64,000 nt of DNA from Lepidodermella squamata (GCA_047495785.1 JBLDXI010000021.1:1054001-1118000); one strand, 5' to 3'. Counted from the stretch's first letter, positions 1-13,753 are shown. Notes: a model not told the origin generated them from the letters alone. Made by a program: numbers and translations.

Positions 1-913
1 TACCGGTAATATTTCGCGGTCGATTGAATCGAAGTCGACGTAACAGTGTTGTTACATTTCCCAGCTCGTTGCCACGCTTTGAAGGGTAGTAATTGGCTCA
101 AATTCAGGTAGGTTTGAGCTGAATAGTCTTCGAGTTCAATTGCCGAAAAATTGCTGATTAATTCTGAATAATCAGCCTCGAATTCTCCAGTTCCTGTGTG
201 GACTGGCTCGACCATGAAGGCAACAATTGCTAGGCCATCTTGTTTATTCACGCTGTTCTTATAGGATTTATAAGCCTGGTTGTAGTGGACGAATTGAATT
301 TCGAGCGGCGTCGCCCAGTACTCGTCGCCTTGTAGATGCTCGGAGCCGCGCGTGCATGACCCCTCGTTGATCACGTCGCCCCAATGAAAGGCAATGTGGT
401 CGAGGATGTACCACGAATTAAGGGTGCTGCCTGAAATTCGAGGCAAAAGTCGCGTTTCGTTAATTGCATTTGCAGACAAGGTCCACGTTACTGTATAATT
501 TTTTTAAATTTTCAAAAAATTAATTAAAAAATCAAAATTAAAAACCGATTCTCCCATTGTTCTGCAAAACTCCTGGGAACGACCGTGACTCATCCGGGTA
601 GTTGTCGAACCGCAGAGGGTCCTTAACCAGCTTGTCGCTGTATTCCGCATGGGCGGGTGCGAGATAAATTGGCGATTGGTACTTGCCATTGCCGCATAAA
701 GGGTAACTCAAAGGCCACGCACTGATATCTGTAATTCACCAAATTTCGTGAGCGCAATGTAGTGTGATCGTTTATTTTACTTGTATAAGTCCAATGAGGA
801 TCCACTGGTCCGATAACCGTGTTGTTATATTGGCAATTGATCGGAAAAATTAATAAGGACAGAGTAAATAGCAGTGAATCATAGCGCTGATTGATCAGTG
901 TAGAATAAATCAT
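1..913 (-). CDS. CA0: secreted alpha-carbonic anhydrase-related protein (predicted acatalytic); 3' end runs off the window
   Basis: Spliced minus-strand model (exons ~913-780, ~729-546, 490-1): signal peptide, HWTY, C..GKYQSPI, NNGRI, ILDHIAFHWG (His94>Ala), GSEH, EIQFVH (His119>Gln), DGLAIVAF, KYYR. Confidence 0.88.
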
Positions 914-2423
914 TTTAAGGTGGTTTATTTTGAAACAATAATAAATGTTTTGAGGGTATCAGCGAGAGCCAGCAACATGTGTGGCCTTCGGTAACTTTTA
1001 GCGAATGCGCATATTTAAAACGGAAATTGTTAGCCGCGGTGAGTGATGCGGCTCTGAAAACACGTTATTCAGTCATCATCACTCATCACCGAGGTCAACG
1101 CATCAAATTACACTACCCTCGCCCACCGTCAGGCCACAATAGCTATTATCTTTCCTCACTTGGCCAGGTCACTTCCAAGTTGGGGCAAAAAATACGAGAA
1201 CTGCGTGGCTTTCATTGACTGAAAACGATAATTAAAATTGTACTTGCTATATTTCGGCAGCAGAAAACAGCTTTATTCCAGTGCAGTGTGACTCACCAAT
1301 TATTTTCGCTCCAGGTCAGCAGTTCATTATCGATATCATATCGTTATTATTATCGATCATAGCGATGATCGGCCGCTTTCGATAATAAATGCAGTAATAA
1401 ATAAAGAAATGAATTTTCAGAGTGCTTTTAGCGAACGATCGGCTTGTAATATGATTTTTTGAGAATTGCTTCATTAGGAGTAAAAAATCATTGCCTGGTA
1501 TAGACGAAAGTTATTTCAATGTGATGGATAGAAATAGAATGATAGAAAAAACTGCACCTTTATAACACATTTTGCCAGAATTTATCCTATTTTCAGCAGC
1601 ATTTACTGTGTGCTTTTAGTTCAAATGACCAAATGAATCAGTTTTATTTTCGTCGCTAGCTGCACCCGCGCGCTGGGTGCACAGAATTTGCTCGCTACAC
1701 CCTCGGGTGCAGGATTATAGCTAGTTACACCCAGAAGGTGCGCGAAAATAGCTGCGTGCACCCGCATCTGGGTGCGACCATTTTGCTACGTACACCCAAT
1801 ACATTTGATTGGACGGTAATGAAATCACGGGTGCAGAGAGAAAAACCCTTGTCTATTGTGTCTATTCCTCCAAGGAAAAACCGCTACACCCACTTGACCG
1901 CGCGCGGCGGCTAGAGAGCCATTCATTGCGCGCCAAGGAGTTAATAATCTGTCCGGTGCCGCTGATCAATGTCATAAGTTCAAGAGTCGAGGCCTTGAAG
2001 ATATGGCTGAAAGCGCAGGCCGATTTCCAGTGTGCAAACCGAAAGCAACATCAATAGGATTAAGACGGTCGCGAGTTGGGCGCAATACCACCGCCGCTAC
2101 CGTTCAATAACACCACTAATCAATATTCTCGAGCCGGTCTTCAATAACCTATTACCGCCCGGCTTCCTGCCTTGAACTCGTGCACCCATTGCTTGATGTT
2201 CACCTGGAGATCAGTGTTTCCCTCGTGACCCGCAGAATGCACCATGACGGCTATGATTGCACCCGCAGCGCCAGAGTCGGAGCGGAAAAAAACAAAGAAA
2301 TCGTAACCGCCAATCGTCGACTTCAAAGCCGGCTGCTCCACTTCCGGGTGCCCTACTCAGGAGCGTCTGCTTGTTTCCAACTGGGGTGACTGTAGGCAGC
2401 GGGGTCACTTTGACACTTGGACT

Positions 2424-2495
2424 AATTCCTATTCCCTATTCCCTCAATTCCTATACTCTTCATTCCTATTCCTACAATTCCTATTTTCTATTCCT
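2424..2495. repeat. Degenerate (ATTCCT)n micro/minisatellite
   Basis: attcctattccctattccctcaattcctatactcttcattcctattcctacaattcctattttctattcct. Confidence 0.6.
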
Positions 2496-2688
2496 GTAGG
2501 CTTTGACATGCCAAAATAGGGTGACTTTGGCATGGCAAAAATCGAATATGGTAAGGTAAAGACCTCGCGAAAGGAGTACCGTGTTGGATCGCCTGGAGGA
2601 TGGGAAATATAATAATGACATATGATTTTATATTCAATTAGTCGGTTTCGGTTTAGCCGTCACCGAAGTTTCAATTAATATTAATATA

Positions 2689-2873
2689 CCGTATTTTTTC
2701 GAATAAGGGCCGCGGCGACTATTTTCCTGATTTTTTGAAAAAGGCCTAAAAACGCGGCGATTATTCGGGTGCGGTCTTTATTTCGCTTGGTTTTCCGGTA
2801 AAGCTACAATTTTGCGGCGTTTAATCGGGTGCGGCCTTTTGTTGGAATACGGCCCTTATTCGAAAAAATACGG
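2689..2873. mobile_element. Tc2/pogo-like MITE (185 bp)
   Basis: Perfect 24-bp TIR CCGTATTTTTTCGAATAAGGGCCG with TA on both sides (2687-2688, 2874-2875). Confidence 0.85.
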
Positions 2874-3858
2874 TAGAAATTGAAAAAAATGCCGCGACTT
2901 TACATATTATGTCCTCTCCCAAAATGGGTTGTTATGATGCGCATTGTGCAAATTCAGGCTGGCGGCTGGCCTTTCCTTGGGCTATCCAACGGTACCCCAC
3001 TCACTAGGTCTTTACCTTACCATATTCGATTTTTGGCATGCCAAAGTCACCCATTCTGGCAAGTCAAAGTGACCCTATTGTGCAAAGTGCGCTAATAAGT
3101 CACCCCAGGTACGTAATCTCGCTAGCTCGCATTTTACCTTGTTTAATTACTTCCGTACACCTTGCCGCACCGACCTTGGAGGAATAGACAGCCGGCTTTT
3201 TCCTAATTCCTTATTGTTTGTATACAGGGTGTAGCGAGTCAAATCGTCGCACCCACACTAACGCGCGGTATAGGGTGTAGCGAGCAAAGTGGTTGCACCC
3301 TTAGGGTGTAGCTAGCAAATCGGATGCACCCGCGTGTGGGTGCAAATAGCACACTCGTTTTATTTTTCGTCCTCCGTAGACGTGTGATGTTAAGAGAGTA
3401 GAAAAAAGCCTTACCCGTGAGGGTTTAGGGGACGCTTGCTTCAAGTTCAACGAATGAATAATAATAAAAGATTAATAATGAATAAATGCAGAGGGATCGA
3501 CTGAATGTTACAGCAGAGTAAACCATGTCTACTTAAGACATGTAGTCCGCATTATTTGAATTCCACGTAGCTCTTTCTACCTAATACTCACATTAGGTAA
3601 AAAATGACTTTTGGTGATATAAATTGTATCATATGGGGAAAATGTGACCTGTCATTATTAATTCCCCTCCTTCATGTTCCTCTGAGGCACGTCCGCCTCA
3701 GCCGCTCCAGGTGAGGCGGCTGTGTTAATCTTCTTTCAAACCACTTTTCAAGTTCTGTGAATTATGCGGCTTTTGTCGCTTAATCTTCCATGCTGACTGT
3801 TGGTTGTTGGATATGCTTTTAATCAGGTGAGATATTGTTTATTATTAGCACTAATAAT

Positions 3859-5299
3859 ATGACGTCACTTGAGTTTCGCACTCGCGGCAACGAATGCTAC
3901 AGGAAAGCTCAGCAGACCGGACTAGCCCCTTGTATTAAAAAAAGTCGTCTCGAAGAGGCTTTGCGCCTATATCGTCAAGCCGTCAATGCAGCTAAAAGTG
4001 TCGATGAAATTTTATCCGGGGTGAAAATGGGCTTATGCTATCTGAAGCTGGCCGAAAAGCTTCTTGACCATCCTGAAAAGGAGCCGCGATATTTAGTGAA
4101 TGCTGCTCGCGAAGGCGTGTCATGCTTCCTTGACTGCCTTACGCGCGGCAATTCGGCCAAGCCCACCGATTGGATCGACGAAGTTCGCACTCATCTAGCT
4201 CGCTTAATACTCGAAGTAACAGATGCTCTTGACGCTCTGTCCCGCGAATCCAAGATTGCTGGTCTCTTGGAAATAGCCAAGTCATTTGAGCCGTATAGCC
4301 TGCAAGGCTTCAAGTTGGACGCTGCAGCTAACTTCTACTATGAAATCGCGGGTCACATTTTCAAGCAATCGCTAGATCTTCTTAATGATGACGCAGTCGC
4401 CTACGCAAAATGTCTCTCGAAAGTGTTCGACTGTTACTGCCCGATTGAACTAGCTCGTAAATTTTCGGAATCGAAAGAAAAGTCGGACAAGATCGACGAG
4501 CTGTATAGTCAAGTTTACTATCAGCAGTGCATCTGCGAATCGGTCATGGCTCGCTTGAACGCCGACCGATCTCTTGAAGCTTGCCTGCGTGATCACGAAG
4601 AGCTTAATATGGACCTCGTCCACCTTTGCTTGGATGGCTACAAAGATGCGATTGTATTAGCTCGCGAGATTGATGCTGAAAGTGAGGCTATTGCTACGTC
4701 GCGCATAGCTCGAGTGTACAGGCAAATTCTGAAGATGGAAGAGCGCGCCCATGCCTATTACTTGAACGCTGTGCAGCTGGCTAATTCAATGAGCCCGCGC
4801 AAATTTTACAATGAACCGTGGTATGAACAGGCTGTGAATGCTGTCCAGGCTCATCGGGCGAAGAAGGAGAAGGAGGAAGCTGATAAGTATATGAAAGAAC
4901 GCCAGCCTTTCCTTGACGCTCTTAAGGTAGGCTTAGCAATGCTTTTACTGGTTGATTATAATTGATTGATTGATTTTAGGATGAGCTTTCCGCTGTGGAA
5001 ATGGCTGCTATTGGTGGCACGGCTGCTTTGTTGACGTATTTGTACAAAAACCATCCCCCGAAGGGCGGCAAGCAACTTGGCAGTTTGAAACCTGATGATT
5101 TGAAGAAAACGCTCCAGCGCGCTATTCTTCATTATCACCCTGACAAACAGGTATATTATTTATCCATGTTGACATAATTCCTGATTTTCACGAGTTTTTT
5201 TCTGTTTTCTAGGATGCTGAAGATATGAAATGGAAAGTCTTCTGCGAAGAAATCGTCAAGCGCCTTAACTTCGCATACTCATTCATGAAATGCGATTGA
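3859..5299 (+). CDS. TPR-like helical repeat protein with C-terminal J-domain-like HPD motif
   Basis: Exons 3859-4926, 4980-5150, 5213-5299 join in frame (GT-AG). N-terminal TPR-like RGNECYRKA...ALRLYRQA; C-terminal DDLKKTLQRAILHYHPDKQ...EEIVKRLNFAY. Confidence 0.75.
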
Positions 5300-5786
5300 T
5301 CGCCAAATGACTGAGCTTTGACTTACGTATTTATTCAAGGAGCATGATTTCAAGTTTGCAAGCTCTACAAGAGAAAAAGTGCAGCCGCTAGTTTCCGTGC
5401 CATTGATGTTGTCTTTCAGAGCTTTCAATATAATCATGATTGTTCGATCTTGTATCGCTTGAAATGGCTTCAAGTTCGTGTCAGCTGATTGAGCCATCAC
5501 ATTTTCATCAGACAACGAAATAATCTTGACTTGATGTGATTTTTTTGAAAATTCTCTCATATTTTTGCCATCTCGATGTTCACAATTGCTCAACAAATCG
5601 TAATTATCCGGTAAGCTTAAAAAGTACGTCCGGCCGGTCGCAATTTAAGAGATAGACGGACCTCTGCCGGTCGCAAAAATTGACTGTTCCAGAGTTTTCT
5701 TGGAAAATAATCAGGAATTTTTCTACTATAGATCACATAATGCGACGTTTTATTTGACTGATTGTTTCATTTTTATATAATAACTG

Positions 5787-6518
5787 CCTTTCACGGCGGG
5801 AAGGACGATTTCGGAATTTCGACTTTGAAAATTCGCAGAAAATTGAATTTGATGAATTCTTGATCGCCCTTTTTTGAGGAATATTGCTCTTTGATTTTGG
5901 CTACAAGGTTCTGAGACCAGGACACCGTTATCTTGCTTGGTCAGGACATACTAGCAATTTGAAAATAGTCAACCTGCGATTGAAATTTCGATTTTTTTCA
6001 ACTTGAAATTGCATAAGATTCTGATCATTTTTTGATCCAACAAAAAAATACCACCGTGTCCGCCATAGTCTCATTGACTTTTGAAAAAAAATTTCTACTT
6101 GGAAACTAAAATTGACGACGCTATTGAACTTCAATCAAACCGGCCGAATTCTTCCTATCCGCCAGGACCTATACAGGCGGAGTGCGTGATTTTTGTGCTG
6201 CAAAAGCTGCCGCGAGAAAAAACTTGAAAAGCTGAATTCAGATCTGAATGCTGAGCCTCTGAAACTTTTTACTCTGACTGTTTTCGGTGAAATAAGTGGT
6301 AGAGAATCTTAGGGACATTCATGGGAGTAATTTATAATCTAAAATTCCAAAGCTGAAGGCACCTGACACAGAAATTAGGGAGTTCTAAAAATCGAAATCA
6401 GCTGGGCGGATAGGACGATTTCGGCCAGTTTTTGTACCCCCTCCCTTTTCAGATCGGGGGGAAATTTCATTTCTCTATGGCTAGCTATAGAATAATCCTT
6501 TATTCGGCCATGAAAGGG
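5787..6518. mobile_element. Degenerate piggyBac-like non-autonomous element
   Basis: Right end gccatgaaaggg|TTAA; left end cctttcacggc. Internal inverted pair aaaccggccgaattcttcctatccgcc (6137) / ggcggataggacgatttcggccagttt (~6405-6431). Left TTAA not preserved. Confidence 0.4.
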
Positions 6519-7054
6519 TTAATTGAGTCAACTAAAAATTGTATCAATTCACCTGGGATGAAATTCACAGAATAATCCAAGTGCAGTGTTTCGTGTCATC
6601 TTCATGACTGGTCTGCGCTCGATGTTATCAACTTTTTTGTTCTAGTTCGTAAAAAAAATAATAGGTCACGCGTCACGACGCGGGGTCATTAGCGCACGCC
6701 CCAAATTCTGACTGAGATTTTTTCAAGCTGTAACGCATGAAAAGTAACACGACGTACATTACTGGATCCCGCCGATGAAATCGAGTTGTCGAGAAGTCAC
6801 CCATTAGCTATGCAAATGAATGCAAGTCGTTTGACTTGAAAACACTTGGAACACCTAGCTAAACGAGTGCAAAACGACGGGATGAAGTCGATATAATAGA
6901 AAAAAGCCAAGTGAACGCATGGTAATTTTGTTCAGGAGGTCATTTATTCCTTAAACAGGCTGACCATTGCAACCTATTATATCGGAATATTGAATGAAGT
7001 CTAGAAGCTCCGCCAATTTTTCTAATTTTGGCGAATAATTTATTTATTTTGATC

Positions 7055-8325
7055 ATGAGTTCGGGTGTGCGATCACCGCTACTAAAAGTAAAATTTTGAC
7101 TCTATTAAAATAGAATTTTTCTGAGAATTCATTTTTCCAGCTTATATTGATAATAGTCTTGTCAGATGCTGGAGCTGATTACGTTTTTCATTGGACCTAT
7201 ATGGGTAAGTAAAGTCACATCTGACCCATATTCTGACCTAATTTTATTGCTCACTGTTGAAGATTTCTCGCATTGGGAATTGGTCAGCCAAGTTTGCGTT
7301 GATGGGAAGAGGCAATCGCCGATAAACATCGACACCAGCAATGCCGTTGTCGAGGAGAGTCTTCAGTCCGATCGGCTTTTGTTCGATAAATACTCTGGCA
7401 ACTTCGCAGGTGATTACTTCAACAATGGCCACACGGTTCAATTTACGATGAGTTCATCCATCGAGCCGAGCAAGCGGCCTCGCATCAGAGGCGGCGGTCT
7501 CGGCGAGAAAGGCTACATTTTCGAGCAGTTTCATTTACATTGGGGCAACTCAACGACTGGGCGAGACGCGGCGCGGGGGTCTGAACACGCGATAAACGGC
7601 AATTTTGGCCCGGCCGAAATTCATTTCGTCCACTACAATGCGAAGTACGCGTCTTTTGCCGACGCAGGATCGCACGATGACGGCCTGGCTGTTGTTGGAT
7701 TTTTGTTCGAGGTTGTCAATGATACTTGGCTGGTTCGAAAATCTGAAACTGACTACTCGACCGAATCACAACTGGTGCATAATATCATGTTTGAAGGGAA
7801 CAAAAGTAATTTATTGATCGATTTTCTTACTAAATTTTTTAATTGTTTTAATTCGAAAGCAACTGCATCATTCAACTTTGGGAAGCTTATTCCTGAGTCT
7901 GTGCTGGATGGGAAGGATGCATTTTACCGCTACGATGGGTCTCTAACTACACCACCATGTAAGTGCAATCAGATTTCATCTTTCAGCCAAACTAAAAATT
8001 CGATTTTTTAGGCTCTGAAATCGTGACATGGACAGTTTTCGACCGAAGAATCCCAATTTTACCGGCAACTTTGGATGAATTCCGGACATCTAGCATGCTG
8101 GAAATCGACGAAAGTCATAACACTATTGCCGTGCCTATCCTTAACAACTTCAGACCACTGCAGAGCCTGAATCGTCGGACGGTGAAAATCGGCAGATACG
8201 TGCCACGCGAACGAATAAAAAACGCCCAGGGTAGAAGCAGTGCATCGAAATCGGTTGATAGCAAAATTCCAGTACTATCAATCCTAATCTTGACAATTTT
8301 TATGTCATCGCCGTGCGATGAGTGA
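7055..8325 (+). CDS. CA1: alpha-carbonic anhydrase, secreted/GPI-type, predicted fully active
   Basis: MSSGVRSPLLK|LILIIVLSDAGA signal; NNGHTVQ (His64), QFHLHWG, GSEH, EIHFVH, GSLTTPPC, NNFRPLQ; hydrophobic C-terminal tail; 5 exons. Confidence 0.93.
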
Positions 8326-8721
8326 TCCTTGAGCTGTCATTTTTACTTTCAAAATATTACTTAAAATTATTCTCGATAATCCGAATAAAATGTCCGTACA
8401 TTATAGATCTTGAAGAATCCTCTGAGAGTCGTAAATTTTGAGTCCTTCGCGCTAATGATGACGACTATCAAGCCCCCTCAGGCCAGCAATTAAACTATGA
8501 TTAACCCGAAAACGTCTCGGCAATATTGCAGGCATCGACACGCAAAAAATTCGTCAAAAATTCGCTCATTAATATTATTATTATTATTCGTGGTTTCAAA
8601 AGGGCACGTAGGCCGCTAACTTTGAACCAATTGGTACGATATAATTATATTATTGAGTAACAGGAATAATATAGCATATAGCAGAAACAGTAAAAATTTA
8701 ATCTGCGAAAATTAAAATAAA

Positions 8722-10155
8722 ATGACGGTGAGTTTTTCGATTATTTTTATTAATTTTCTAAAATTTAAATGAAATTCCAGTCGATGCGGCTGTTTGAAAT
8801 AACTGCGATTCTTTTCATCTGGAACTTGAACAGCCGTTCTATTGCTGCCCCGGTCGCGTCATCATCGCCTGCTTGGACTTATCTAGGTCTGGATTACTTT
8901 TTCCTGTGAATAACAGACCGTAAATATTTTCCTCATGACATTCCAGACTTCAATCAATGGGGCTCTGTCAACCCGGTTTGCAATGCCGGTAGTCAGCAAT
9001 CACCTGTTAACATAGCTACAACCAGTCTGGTCAAAGACAGCGCCTTGGCTCGCGATAAATTGATGTTCGATCGGTACCAGAGCTCATATAATGGAACCTA
9101 TGTCAACTTGGGCTATACAGTTCAATTCAACATCGACCCATCGATTGAACCTGAGAAGAGACCTAGAATCTACGGTGGCGGTCTAGGAGATGCTGGCTAC
9201 ATTTTCCAACAATTTCATTTTCATTGGGGTAAAAATAGCGAATTTAAGATCGATTTAACCTTAAATCGAATAATTTCAATCAAGGAAATACGAGTGATTG
9301 CAAGGGCGACGCTTGCATAGGCGCCGAGCATTTAATCGATGGAAAATCGGCCCCAGCTGAGATTCATTTCGTCCACTACAACGCGAAATATCCTTCACTT
9401 AACGCCGCTGTTTCGAACAGCGACGGCTTGGCTGTAATTGGATTTCTATTCCAAGTCGAAAGCGATCCGGGCAAGATTAATGTCGATTATGGGGATGAAA
9501 TGCTCTTGATCGCCAACATTAGCTACCAGGGTAGCCAAGGTTAAAGCGTGCGAGATAATATAGACCAATTTTTTAATTTTTTTAAAATTTTTTCCAGTGC
9601 GAAAAGATTTTGATTTCAGTAAATTGATTCCACCGAATGCGATGAAAGGAAACGGAAAGTTTTATCGATACAGCGGCTCCTTGACAACTCCACCTTGTAA
9701 TATTTTTTTTATAATTTTTTCATAATTTTTTATGGGTGTAATTGTTAGGTGCGGAGGTTGTTACTTGGACCGTTTATGAAGAGCGAATTTCGGTTTCAGC
9801 TGCCGCGCTGAATTATTTCTTCATGGCAACCGCTAATAGTTCAATCAGTGGCGCGATTGAGCCAATAATCAACAACTTTCGCCCAGTTCAACCTCTCGGC
9901 AATCGCTACATCCGCGTCAATCTACCCGAAGATCCAGTTACAACGACGAAGCCTATTGATGTAACATCCTCGAAACCGCAGGTTGCTGTGACTACAACAG
10001 CGGCTTCACCTAATAATGCTAATACTACGACGATGGCTCCGACTACGGTCGCCGCGACGGCTGTTACAGCTAAAGGCCTTGCAGCAACCATTTCGAGCTG
10101 TTCAACGGCTGTGATTGCCTGTGGTCTCCTGGCCGTTTTAATTCCTAACTACTAA
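8722..10155 (+). CDS. CA2: alpha-carbonic anhydrase with Thr/Ala-rich stalk and GPI-like tail
   Basis: QFHFHWG, GAEH, EIHFVH, GSLTTPPC intact; His64>Tyr (NLGYTVQ); C-terminal TTT-rich stalk then hydrophobic tail. Confidence 0.92.
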
Positions 10156-10688
10156 CAAGTCCGGGTACAATTTTTACAGACTTTTTCGTTGTGGAAAAAA
10201 TGCGCTTTCGAATATTTATGCGTCGTTTTTTGAACGTATCCCTATAGTCGAGTATATTTTTTGTTATAATCGCAATATTTTATCATTATTCTGCACTGAA
10301 AGGCGCGTTTAAAATACTTTTACTCACAAAAAATGATGGGGTGTGGGAATTTTTGTGCGCAAATGCACCTGTGGGAGCGGCTCATATACCAATGTGTCAC
10401 TCAGTCATCATCACTGATTTTTCAGACTTCGTCACTGCTATTTACCAATTCTGGTGAGAAATTATGTAACGCTGCAAATAAAGTTTTAGTAATCGATGAG
10501 AAATCGTGGTGAAGGTATTCGTTTTGCTGAAGGCTTGTTTTAATTGATACGCGCAGCTGCCAAGGGCGGAACGTCGCCAGGTGAAACAGCGCAGCTGCGC
10601 TAATTAAGGTCGATCGATTGCCGAGTCGTTCGTGTCAACTGGCACCAGTTTTTCCACTGTAAACTTGATAAGCTCGACTGATATTTAG

Positions 10689-11960
10689 ATGCTGCTTCAA
10701 GTCGCGTTTTCGCTCAATTTTCTGTTCCTGTTGTTCGCCGAAGTATCTGGCACGTGGAAATCAACGTTAAGGTGGACTTATGCAGATTTCAAGCAGTGGT
10801 CGCAAATCAGCTCGGTTTGCGCTGTTGGGAAGCAGCAGTCACCCGTAAGGATTGTAACATCCGCCGTGGCGAAGGACGTAGATTTAGCGAAAGATAGGCT
10901 CTATTTCGACCGCTACTCGGCAACTCAAAGCGGGACTTATTGGAACACGGGCCAACTCGTTCAATTTACGATCGATCCATCGGTCAAACCTGAGAAAAGG
11001 CCGCGGATTTACGGCGGTGGTCTCGGCAAAGCTGGCTACATCTTCGAGCTATTCCAGCTGCATTGGGGTGAGAAAAAAATCGTATTAATTAATTTATCTA
11101 ATTTTGAACACCCTAGGAAATTCAACGGATTGTTTGGCATCGCCTTGCACTGGGGCTGATCATGTTATCGATAACCGAACTTACCCGGCTGAGATACATT
11201 TTATCCACTACAACGCGAAATATGGGTCATTTGTCGACGCTGTGAGATACCAAGACGGCTTGGCTATTGTCGCTTTTTTGTTCCAAATTGTCAACAATAC
11301 CAAGCTCATAAATACACATTACAACAATGTCACGTCCGGGGTAGATGAAATACCCTACATAGGGGACAAAGGTAATTATTTTTTAATTTTTTTTATCATT
11401 ATCAATGATTTCGTTTATAGCGAACGCATCTTTCGATTTCGGAGCTTTGATACCACCATCGGCTAAGGATGGCAAAGGAATTTACTATCGATATAATGGC
11501 TCCCTGACTTACCCACCCTGTAACAATTGTTTAAATTTTTTTCTTAAAAAATCAGTAATTTTTTTTTTAAATTTTAGGTGCCGAAATCGTTATGTGGTCG
11601 ATTTTCGACGCTCCAATCGCGATTTCTGCGGCCGTTTTAGATCTACTTCAGGACGCGACTTCAAGATGGCTCGAGGAGGAAACGGGCGATTTGATCGATG
11701 TTTCTATCAGCAACAACAACCGGCCTCTTCAGGACTTGAATAAACGTGTCGTAAAATCGAACCAAATGCCGTCGGCGAAGGAGCTTGAACTGATAGCTAA
11801 ACAGCAAGCATCCGCTCGGCCGCCGACTACAGTCGCCTCAGCCACGCAATTCGCGCCGATTGAGCAGAAAAGCAGCGATAAAACAAGCGCCGTTGTTCAA
11901 GTCAGGGCGCATTTTATTGTCTCGTCATTGTTTATTCTCAGCGGCGTTTTCTTGAAATAA
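10689..11960 (+). CDS. CA3: alpha-CA-related protein (His94>Gln), GPI-like tail
   Basis: Signal peptide; FELFQLHWG, GADH (Glu106>Asp), EIHFIH, GSLTYPPC, NNNRPLQ. Confidence 0.9.
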
Positions 11961-12479
11961 ATTTTTTGTCGGTTTGGTTTAACAAAATTACCACCGCGTG
12001 ACGTTATTAATTTCATCAGATAAGTGACGTAGTTTATTTTGCGCGTTTTTTCTCCTTCGGGTATAATAACAGTAATAATAACAATGCCTATACCTGGTAA
12101 TAACTCCTTCGTATTATGTTTTGAAAAATGTCAACAGTTTTTGCCAACACGAGTTTGATATTAAGGCTGTGCGCCCGGGTGTCTCTCTTCAAATTTCATA
12201 CACCAAAGCATAGGCCGGCGTTACATTTTCCAACCCGGCCACTATGTAAAACAAAGCTCGTTTATCGCATTTATCAGTTGTAAACGTAAATGTTCTTTTA
12301 CAGGGCGAAAAGAAGAGAGAGAAGAAAATTGAATACAAAAAACAGCATTTTAATGACACGCGGCTGATATTTTTTGCGCTCTGAGCGCAGAAAATGGCGT
12401 GGCGTATGACCGCCGTAGTACGTTAAAAGCCGCGACTTGAGCCTCAGTGTAAACAATCGCTGTTATATTGCCGTTGGAA

Positions 12480-13753
12480 ATGAAACTTCTTGTCGGGAAG
12501 GTACCACTTTAAAATTATACCATATTTCAATTATACTGATTCTGTTTCAATCAGTTATTGGCCTCAATTTTGTTGGTTGAGCTTGCGAGAGCTTCTCCAA
12601 CAGGTGGCGCCCAGGGTGCCCCGAAAATCGGAGCGGATAATCCGAACTTCCACTGGAATTACGAAGGTCCGGAAATAGTTTTTCCATCCTAATTATAATT
12701 TTATTTTTATTTTAGACTTCGAAGCATGGAAACAGTCTGCAGCCGTTTGTATGGCCGGCAAGAGGCAATCACCCATCAATATCGCAACGAATGCAACGGT
12801 TGGTGATGATAAACTGGTTAAGGATGCTCTCTTATTCGACGGCTACAACGGCTCAATTAACGGCACATATTTCAACAACGGCCACACCGTTCAATTCTCG
12901 ATTGACCCGCGGATAGCAGCGGATAAACGGCCGAGAATTTACGGCGGCGGCCTCGGCAAGAAGGGTTACATTTTCGAGCAGTTCCACTTTCACTGGGCCA
13001 ACGGCACCGTGCCTGGCTGCGAGCATACGATCGACGGGAAGGGCGCTCCGGCCGAGGTTCATTTCGTGCACTACAACTCTAAGTACACGTCGATCGGCGA
13101 GGCGATTAAACACCCTGATGGCCTGGCTGTTATCGGCCTGTTCTTCGATGAAGTCAAGGACGGAAGTCTTGTCAAGGTTGACTACACAATGACGGCAAAT
13201 CTCATTTCTGCCGTTGATGAGGAGGGCGAAAAAAGTGACTTAGACCTTTATTTATTGCGCAGCCTTAATTGCGATGTTTTTTATTATAGCCGTCGCATCG
13301 TTCGATTTCTCGAAGCTTATTCCAGCAGGTGTGTCTGCAGGCAAGGAAACCTATTACCGGTACGACGGCTCCCTGACCACCCCGCCATGGTAAAATTGTG
13401 TAAAAATCTGATATTTATTTCAATTTAATCCCATCTATAGTGCTGAGGTTGTAACTTGGACAGTTTACGAGACTCATGTTCCAATTTTATCCGCAACAAT
13501 CGATGCCTACCGCAAGGCTAGTATGCATGCCGATCTTAAAGCTTTCAACACAACCAGCGTACCGATCGACCACAACTTCCGCCCGGTTCAGCCTCTGAAT
13601 GGCCGCGTTGTTAAAGCCAACAAGGCCGGTAAGGGCAGTGCGGTGGTTCAAGGACTGACGGCCAAGGCGAAAAATGGTGCCATTTCCGGTTTCGACATCA
13701 GTTATCTTACTTCACTGGCCGTAGCTGTGATTGCTGCTATTCTGAACTTTTAA
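12480..13753 (+). CDS. CA4: alpha-carbonic anhydrase, GPI-like tail, predicted fully active
   Basis: MKLLVGK|LLASILLVELARA signal; NNGHTVQ, QFHFHWA, GCEH, EVHFVH, GSLTTPPC, HNFRPVQ. Confidence 0.93.

Larger units (their letters stand above)
2381..3108. mobile_element. MITE-like element with ~100 bp imperfect inverted arms
   Basis: Termini ctggggtgac...gtcaccccag. Internal arm gggtgactttggcatggcaaaaatcgaatatggtaaggtaaagacct (~2519-2565) is mirrored at ~3006-3052. No clear TSD. Confidence 0.6.
1655..3356. mobile_element. Non-autonomous DNA transposon with long imperfect TIRs (Mutator-like?), hosting nested insertions
   Basis: Left end tgcacccgcgcgctgggtgcacagaatttgctcgctacaccc is inverted-similar to right end gggtgtagctagcaaatcggatgcacccgcgtgtgggtgca. 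Flanked by near-direct repeat gttttatttt(t)cgtc at 1641 and 3357. Confidence 0.6.

Noticed and set aside
7166-7262. ORF-track start MLELITFFIGPIW for CA1
   Set aside because: Wrong frame plus intron read-through; the paralog-consistent model starts at 7055 and gives HWTY before the phase-1 intron
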